Positions 59,097-64,000 of a stretch of 64,000 bases of DNA are shown here, in pieces. The stretch lies in assembly GCF_050920415.1 (NCBI RefSeq), contig NZ_CP169309.1; one strand, 5' to 3'. The DNA comes from Escherichia coli (GTDB lineage: Bacteria > Pseudomonadota > Gammaproteobacteria > Enterobacterales > Enterobacteriaceae). The first letter of the stretch is position 1. Every line of letters starts with the position of its first letter. The position numbers were made by a program, and so were the translations under genes. Under the pieces are notes generated by a model, which saw only the letters and a list, made by a program, of their open reading frames with translations, did no database searches and was not told the DNA's origin.

Positions 59097-59987
59097 ATGA
59101 TGTTTAAGCAATACCTGCAAGTAACGAAACCAGGCATCATCTTTGGCAACCTGATCTCGGTGATTGGGGGATTCCTGCTGGCCTCAAAGGGCAGCATTGA
59201 TTATCCCCTGTTTATCTACACGCTGGTTGGGGTGTCACTGGTTGTGGCGTCGGGTTGTGTGTTTAACAACTACATCGACAGGGATATCGACAGAAAGATG
59301 GAAAGGACGAAGAATCGGGTGCTGGTTAAAGGCCTGATCTCTCCTGCTGTCTCGCTGGTGTACGCCACCTTGCTGGGTATTGCTGGCTTTATGCTGCTGT
59401 GGTTTGGCGCGAATCCGCTGGCCTGCTGGCTGGGGGTGATGGGCTTTGTGGTTTATGTCGGCGTTTACAGCCTGTACATGAAACGCCACTCGGTCTACGG
59501 CACGTTGATTGGTTCGCTCTCCGGCGCAGCGCCGCCGGTGATTGGCTACTGTGCAGTGACAGGCGAGTTCGATAGCGGCGCAGCAATCCTGTTGGCTATC
59601 TTCAGCCTGTGGCAGATGCCTCATTCTTATGCCATCGCCATTTTCCGCTTTAAGGATTATCAGGCGGCAAACATTCCGGTACTGCCGGTGGTGAAAGGCA
59701 TTTCGGTAGCGAAAAACCACATCACGCTGTATATCATCGCCTTTGCTGTTGCCACACTGATGCTCTCTCTTGGCGGTTACGCAGGATATAAATATCTGGT
59801 GGTCGCCGCGGCGGTTAGCGTCTGGTGGTTAGGTATGGCCCTGCGTGGTTATAAAGTTGCTGATGATCGAATCTGGGCACGCAAGCTGTTCGGCTTCTCG
59901 ATCATCGCCATCACTGCCCTCTCGGTAATGATGTCCGTTGATTTTATGGTGCCGGACTCACATACGCTGCTGGCTGCTGTGTGGTAA
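59097..59987 (+). CDS. cyoE: Protohaem IX farnesyltransferase (haem O synthase, 296 aa)
   Basis: Starts [18 protein letters not shown]; UbiA-family motif [15 protein letters not shown]. Confidence 0.92.
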
Positions 59988-60001
59988 CACAACCTCTCTA
60001 T

Positions 60002-60029
60002 AAAAAAGGTGCTACGGCACCTTTTTTAT
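60002..60029 (+). terminator. Rho-independent terminator of the cyo operon (AAGGTGC-TACG-GCACCTT then T-run)
   Basis: Perfect 7-bp stem, 4-nt loop, T-run, 15 bp after the cyoE stop. Confidence 0.8.
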
Positions 60030-60040
60030 TGTCTGAGAAC

Positions 60041-60067
60041 AGAGATACGGCTAATAACCGTATCTCT
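60041..60067. promoter_or_regulatory. Operator-like palindrome 1 (AGAGATACGG-CTAATAA-CCGTATCTCT) abutting the -35 of the toxin-antitoxin promoter
   Basis: Perfect 10-bp arms with a 7-bp spacer; shares the ATACGG/CCGTAT core with palindrome 2. Confidence 0.6.
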
Positions 60068-60095
60068 TGACAGAGTGAGTATATGAACATAAATT
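60067..60095 (+). promoter_or_regulatory. Putative sigma70 promoter of the toxin-antitoxin operon: -35 TTGACA (60067-60072), 17-bp spacer, -10 TAAATT (60090-60095)
   Basis: Consensus -35 hexamer and optimal spacing read directly; about 75 bp upstream of the antitoxin ATG. Confidence 0.6.
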
Positions 60096-60099
60096 AATC

Positions 60100-60118
60100 A
60101 TACGGTTGATAGCCGTAT
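60100..60118. promoter_or_regulatory. Operator-like palindrome 2 (ATACGG-TTGATAG-CCGTAT) just downstream of the -10, over the predicted transcription start
   Basis: 6-bp arms with a 7-bp spacer, same half-site as palindrome 1. Confidence 0.6.
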
Positions 60119-60171
60119 TATGCATGAGATCGACTCCCTACGATTTCATTCAGTTAATCAAAGAGGTCATA

Positions 60172-60483
60172 ATGCCTGGAAAAACAGTCGCTCTACCCGA
60201 TATCGATAAAACGCTGAAAAATGCGCGGGTTGAACTCAAAACCAGTCCCGACGCCAAAAACAAACTTCGTGAAGCTGCGCAAGCCGTTGGGGTAGATTTA
60301 AGCGCTTTTATTTTGAGCGCAGCTATGGAACGCGCCGAAAGTGTGCTTGATAACCAACGTCGCCGTGAGCTTTCGAATCAAAGCTGGGAACTGATGAACC
60401 AACTCATCGCTGAACCTGCTCAACCGACGCTCGCCCTCAAGGCGTTAATGAAAAGGAAAAACAGCGATGGTCGACAAGCATGA
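60172..60483 (+). CDS. DUF1778-family ribbon-helix-helix antitoxin (TacA/AtaR/ItaR/KacA-like), 103 aa
   Basis: AAGAGG ribosome-binding site 6 nt upstream of the ATG; sequence fits the family pattern (VELKTSPDAKNKLREAAQAVGVDLSAFILSAAMERAESVLDNQRRRELSNQSWELM); overlaps the toxin start by 17 nt. The track ORF at 60106 is an upstream extension. Confidence 0.8.
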   Translation: MPGKTVALPDIDKTLKNARVELKTSPDAKNKLREAAQAVGVDLSAFILSAAMERAESVLDNQRRRELSNQSWELMNQLIAEPAQPTLALKALMKRKNSDGRQA

Positions 60484-61009
60484 AGAGATTACTCTGCCCA
60501 TAGTCCTCTCCTGTAATTATCAGTCTGATATTACTTATCCTGGGCAAAAACAGTTTGATTGCGGTAACCCTGTTATCGATAAATTTGTACGCGCATCGCT
60601 AAAGAAAAGTGTGCGTAATAGCGACTGTGCTGCTAAAGCACTTATTGACAGACAAAGTGGTGAACTGATTGGCATCTGTACTTTTACGGCATATTCGCTG
60701 GAAAAACAACGCGTTTCTGGCGTCCTTCAGGGTTCACAACCTTCAGAGATTGGTGTTGTCAGATTAGTCATGTTAGGGGTAGCGCGGAAATATCAAAAGC
60801 GGGGCTTTGGTCAGGACCTACTATGTGATTTTTTTGAACATGTAAAAATAATTCACCGGGCATTACCAATTAAAGGGGTTTATCTTGATGCTGACCCTGC
60901 CGCCATTAACTTTTATACTCGTCTCGGCTTTGTTCAGCTTTCAGCGAGGCCCAATGTTTTCGGTGCTGTACCGATGTTTTTAGCGATTCAGCATATTCTC
61001 GCGGCTTAG
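60467..61009 (+). CDS. GNAT-family acetyltransferase toxin (TacT/AtaT/ItaT/KacT-like), 180 aa; predicted aminoacyl-tRNA acetyltransferase
   Basis: N-terminal FDCG motif typical of these toxins, acetyl-CoA motif A (QKRGFGQ), C-terminal YxxLGF; ATG overlaps the antitoxin 3' end. Confidence 0.8.
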   Translation: MVDKHEEITLPIVLSCNYQSDITYPGQKQFDCGNPVIDKFVRASLKKSVRNSDCAAKALIDRQSGELIGICTFTAYSLEKQRVSGVLQGSQPSEIGVVRLVMLGVARKYQKRGFGQDLLCDFFEHVKIIHRALPIKGVYLDADPAAINFYTRLGFVQLSARPNVFGAVPMFLAIQHILAA

Positions 61010-61253
61010 ATTTTTATCGCCTCCGGCCATGGCAAGTTTTGCCTCAGCCGGAGACTGAACAGCGTTACCACTTTTGTTCAATTGCCCCCGCTTTCATCAG
61101 GTCCACATCCTTGCCTTTAATGGTTGCCGTTGCGGCAACGATCGTGGTCCTTATAGCTGCACAAGATTTTCGTTCAAATTCCGGTTTATAAAGAATAAGC
61201 AACGAATTACTGGTAAATGAATCAAGCCGGTAATCTGTAAAGTTAATATCCAG

Positions 61254-62000
61254 TCAGTTTAAGCCGAAAGGTGCAAAGCCGACCGTTTGAATAGTTTCCT
61301 TACCTGACGGACTCTTGATGTTGTACGTAACACGAAGATTGGCCACTTCGCCTAATTTATTGGTTTTGGCAAAGAGGCTATCCATGCAGGAAAAACCTTT
61401 ATCTAAAAAATTATCCCGCATTCCAGAACGGGTAATCGTGATCACCGGTAACGTATCGTCAACCGTTTTTCTGTCAATCATATCTTTTCGACAGGCGGCC
61501 ATAAAGTCTTCCGGACCAGCATAAATGTGAACACCCTTATCAAGATATTCTTTCGCTTTACTACAATCCACCTCGACATACTGACCATTGGCGTACATCA
61601 TGCCCAACCTGGACCATGCTAAATTCACACCGCGTTGCGTAGCCTGATTAAATAACGCATACGCTTTGGCATAATCCACCCGCACCTGTTCACCTTCGTA
61701 GTAGATATCCCCCAGCGCTAACGGAGCTTCTTCATCACCTTGTTTAGCGGCTAACTCGAACCATTTAATGGCTTCCGGAACGTTGGGTTTGGTATCGTAG
61801 CGGGGCTGATAATATTCCCAGCCTAACAGGCTTTGCGCGTCGACATCCCCCGACTCAGCCATTTTATGCAGTGTCCTTATCACATCGGGGGCAGGCTTTT
61901 CACTGTATATGCTGTCATACAATTCATGCGCTTTCTCGCTTGCCAGTGAACCTTGTGAGGCAATTAATAAAATAGCCAATAAACTCTTTTTATTTAACAT
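61254..62000 (-). CDS. Secreted Sel1-repeat (TPR-like) protein with an unassigned C-terminal domain of about 85 aa (248 aa)
   Basis: N-terminal signal peptide (MLNKKSLLAILLIASQGSLA|SE), about three Sel1-like repeats (e.g. LGDIYYEGEQVRVDYAKAYALFNQATQRG, LGMMYANGQYVEVDCSKAKEYLDKG); the C-terminal 85 aa has no motif I recognise. Confidence 0.75.
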   Translation of the reverse strand: MLNKKSLLAILLIASQGSLASEKAHELYDSIYSEKPAPDVIRTLHKMAESGDVDAQSLLGWEYYQPRYDTKPNVPEAIKWFELAAKQGDEEAPLALGDIYYEGEQVRVDYAKAYALFNQATQRGVNLAWSRLGMMYANGQYVEVDCSKAKEYLDKGVHIYAGPEDFMAACRKDMIDRKTVDDTLPVITITRSGMRDNFLDKGFSCMDSLFAKTNKLGEVANLRVTYNIKSPSGKETIQTVGFAPFGLN

Positions 62001-62416
62001 AAATAACCTTTATGCATCCATCACTGTATTTTTCAATATACCTAACCACCAAACATCCACTTCATGAATAAATACACAGCCATAACAACCTCAGGTAATA
62101 AGCAAACATTTAAGCTGAAGCAGAATAACCAGCACCGCCAACACCTCTATTTATTGCGATAAAATAACACCATCCTTTAATAAAAAATCACACGCTCATC
62201 AACAAATCCGAAAATAATATCATTCGTGGCAGGATAAAATCAGGCGAGCTTTTCATTTGTTATATTTAACGCGCAAAGTATTAATGGCAAGAATACGAGA
62301 GAAGCGCATGCCTGACGTAAAAATCACGCTCTTATGTAATATTTACTCATTAACACTCTGTTTACCCAACATGCGCTCCGCACTACACTATGTGGGCAAT
62401 TTTTTAAGAGGTGGTA

Positions 62417-63781
62417 ATGAACGATTATAAAATGACGCCAGGTGAGCGGCGCGCGACCTGGGGTTTAGGGACCGTATTTTCATTGCGCATGCTGGGCATG
62501 TTTATGGTACTGCCGGTTCTAACTACGTACGGTATGGCACTGCAAGGTGCCAGTGAAGCATTAATCGGTATTGCCATTGGTATTTATGGCCTGACTCAGG
62601 CCGTTTTTCAGATTCCGTTTGGCCTGCTCTCAGACCGTATTGGTCGCAAACCATTAATTGTCGGCGGGCTGGCGGTGTTTGCTGCCGGTAGTGTTATCGC
62701 TGCGCTTTCCGACTCAATCTGGGGAATTATTCTGGGCCGGGCGTTACAAGGTTCTGGAGCGATTGCCGCTGCCGTTATGGCGCTACTTTCTGATCTCACG
62801 CGCGAACAGAACCGTACCAAAGCGATGGCGTTTATCGGCGTGAGTTTTGGTATTACCTTCGCCATTGCGATGGTGCTTGGCCCAATCATCACTCACAAAC
62901 TTGGGCTGCATGCGCTGTTCTGGATGATCGCTATTCTGGCAACAACCGGCATTGCGTTGACCATTTGGGTGGTGCCCAACAGCAGCACGCACGTACTTAA
63001 TCGTGAGTCCGGGATGGTGAAAGGCAGTTTCAATAAAGTGCTGGCGGAACCGCGGCTGCTGAAACTCAACTTCGGCATTATGTGTCTGCACATGCTGCTG
63101 ATGTCGACGTTTGTTGCCCTGCCCGGACAGTTGGCTGATGCGGGATTCCCGGCGGCTGAGCACTGGAAGGTCTATCTGGCGACGATGTTAATCGCCTTTG
63201 GCTCGGTTGTGCCTTTCATTATCTACGCGGAAGTTAAGCGCAAAATGAAGCAAGTCTTTGTCTTCTGCGTCGGGCTGATCGTCGTTGCGGAAATTGTGTT
63301 GTGGAACGCACAAACGCAGTTCTGGCAACTGGTGGTCGGCGTGCAGCTTTTCTTTGTGGCGTTTAATTTGATGGAAGCCCTCCTCCCCTCGCTTATCAGT
63401 AAAGAGTCGCCAGCCGGTTACAAAGGTACGGCGATGGGCGTTTACTCCACCAGCCAGTTTCTTGGCGTGGCCATTGGCGGTTCGCTGGGTGGCTGGATTG
63501 ACGGCATGTTTGACGGTCAGGGCGTATTTCTCGCTGGCGCAATGCTGGCCGCAGTGTGGCTGGCAGTCGCCAGTACCATGAAAGAACCGCCGTATGTCAG
63601 CAGCTTGCGCATTGAAATCCCATCGGACATTGCCGCAAACGAGACGTTAAAAGTGCGTTTGATGGAAACTGCGGGTGTCAAAGAAGTGTTGATTGCAGAA
63701 GAAGAACATTCAGCTTATGTGAAAATCGACAGCAAAGTGACGAATCGCTTTGAGGTTGAACAGGCAATTCGTCAGGCATAA
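62417..63781 (+). CDS. yajR: MFS transporter YajR with C-terminal cytoplasmic domain (454 aa)
   Basis: Starts MNDYKMTPGERRATWGLGTVFSLRMLGMF; MFS motif GLLSDRIGRKP; the GTG at 62411 is an alternative start. Confidence 0.88.
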   Translation: MNDYKMTPGERRATWGLGTVFSLRMLGMFMVLPVLTTYGMALQGASEALIGIAIGIYGLTQAVFQIPFGLLSDRIGRKPLIVGGLAVFAAGSVIAALSDSIWGIILGRALQGSGAIAAAVMALLSDLTREQNRTKAMAFIGVSFGITFAIAMVLGPIITHKLGLHALFWMIAILATTGIALTIWVVPNSSTHVLNRESGMVKGSFNKVLAEPRLLKLNFGIMCLHMLLMSTFVALPGQLADAGFPAAEHWKVYLATMLIAFGSVVPFIIYAEVKRKMKQVFVFCVGLIVVAEIVLWNAQTQFWQLVVGVQLFFVAFNLMEALLPSLISKESPAGYKGTAMGVYSTSQFLGVAIGGSLGGWIDGMFDGQGVFLAGAMLAAVWLAVASTMKEPPYVSSLRIEIPSDIAANETLKVRLMETAGVKEVLIAEEEHSAYVKIDSKVTNRFEVEQAIRQA

Positions 63782-63795
63782 AAAACGAGGCGAAT

Positions 63796-63890
63796 TGCCT
63801 GTTGCGCTACGCTTTTCAGGCCTACAAAGTTCCTGAGTGACAAATCTTTGTAGGCCGAATCAGACGTTCATGCCGCATCTGACATGAACA
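63796..63890. repeat. REP-type palindromic repeats between yajR and the downstream convergent gene
   Basis: TGCGCTACGCTTTTCAGGCCTACA and CTTTGTAGGCC...GCCGCATCTGACATGAAC units, including a 10-bp inverted repeat GCCTACAAAG/CTTTGTAGGC. Confidence 0.8.
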
Positions 63891-63908
63891 AAGCGCAGGT
63901 TGTCGCGA

Positions 63909-64000
63909 TTAATCGCGGAAGTTTTTGAACTGGAACGGCTGACCCAGATCGCCACCACGTACCATCGCCATGACAGCCTGCAAATCATCACGAGATTTGC
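63909..64000 (-). CDS. 3' end of a convergent CDS truncated by the window end; by K-12 synteny the position of yajQ
   Basis: Minus-strand frame ends ...DLQAVMAMVRGGDLGQPFQFKNFRD then stop at 63909-63911; only about 30 codons visible. Confidence 0.5.
   Translation of the reverse strand, partial: KSRDDLQAVMAMVRGGDLGQPFQFKNFRD

Noticed and set aside
61315-61524. 69-aa plus-strand ORF
   Set aside because: Antisense within the Sel1-repeat gene; no independent support.
60030-62416. Classifying the cyoE-yajR islet as a mobile element, prophage remnant or integrative element
   Set aside because: No integrase, transposase, IS inverted repeats, tRNA/tmRNA attachment site or phage genes were found; it is reported as an accessory insertion of unknown mechanism.

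Overview
This window reads as Escherichia coli-type core chromosome (the K-12 ushA to yajR neighbourhood, in reverse-complement orientation) with one accessory insertion of about 2.3 kb between cyoE and yajR. All calls come from reading the translated ORFs, recognising well-known protein families and motifs, and conserved gene order; no database search or computation was run. About 58 core genes are present in K-12 order with expected lengths, including fsr, gsk, hemH, adk, htpG, recR-ybaB-dnaX, acrR/acrAB, tomB-hha, glnK-amtB, mdlAB, lon-clpX-clpP-tig and cyoABCDE, plus the 4.5S RNA gene ffs. The cyoE-yajR gap is about 2.4 kb here, whereas I recall it as only about 150 bp in K-12. It carries a two-gene DUF1778 (RHH) antitoxin / GNAT acetyltransferase toxin module of the TacAT/AtaRT/ItaRT/KacAT type, with a promoter bracketed by two palindromes sharing ATACGG-N7-CCGTAT arms, and a convergent gene for a signal-peptide Sel1-repeat protein with an unassigned C-terminal domain. 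This islet is the most interesting part of the window, but the toxin-antitoxin family itself is already described; the possible novelty is the strain-specific islet, the toxin's target and the Sel1 protein. No integrase, transposase, tRNA or CRISPR array was seen. Other signals read directly: the dnaX -1 frameshift heptamer, sigma54 and sigma32 promoters, the AcrR operator, REP clusters and several terminators.
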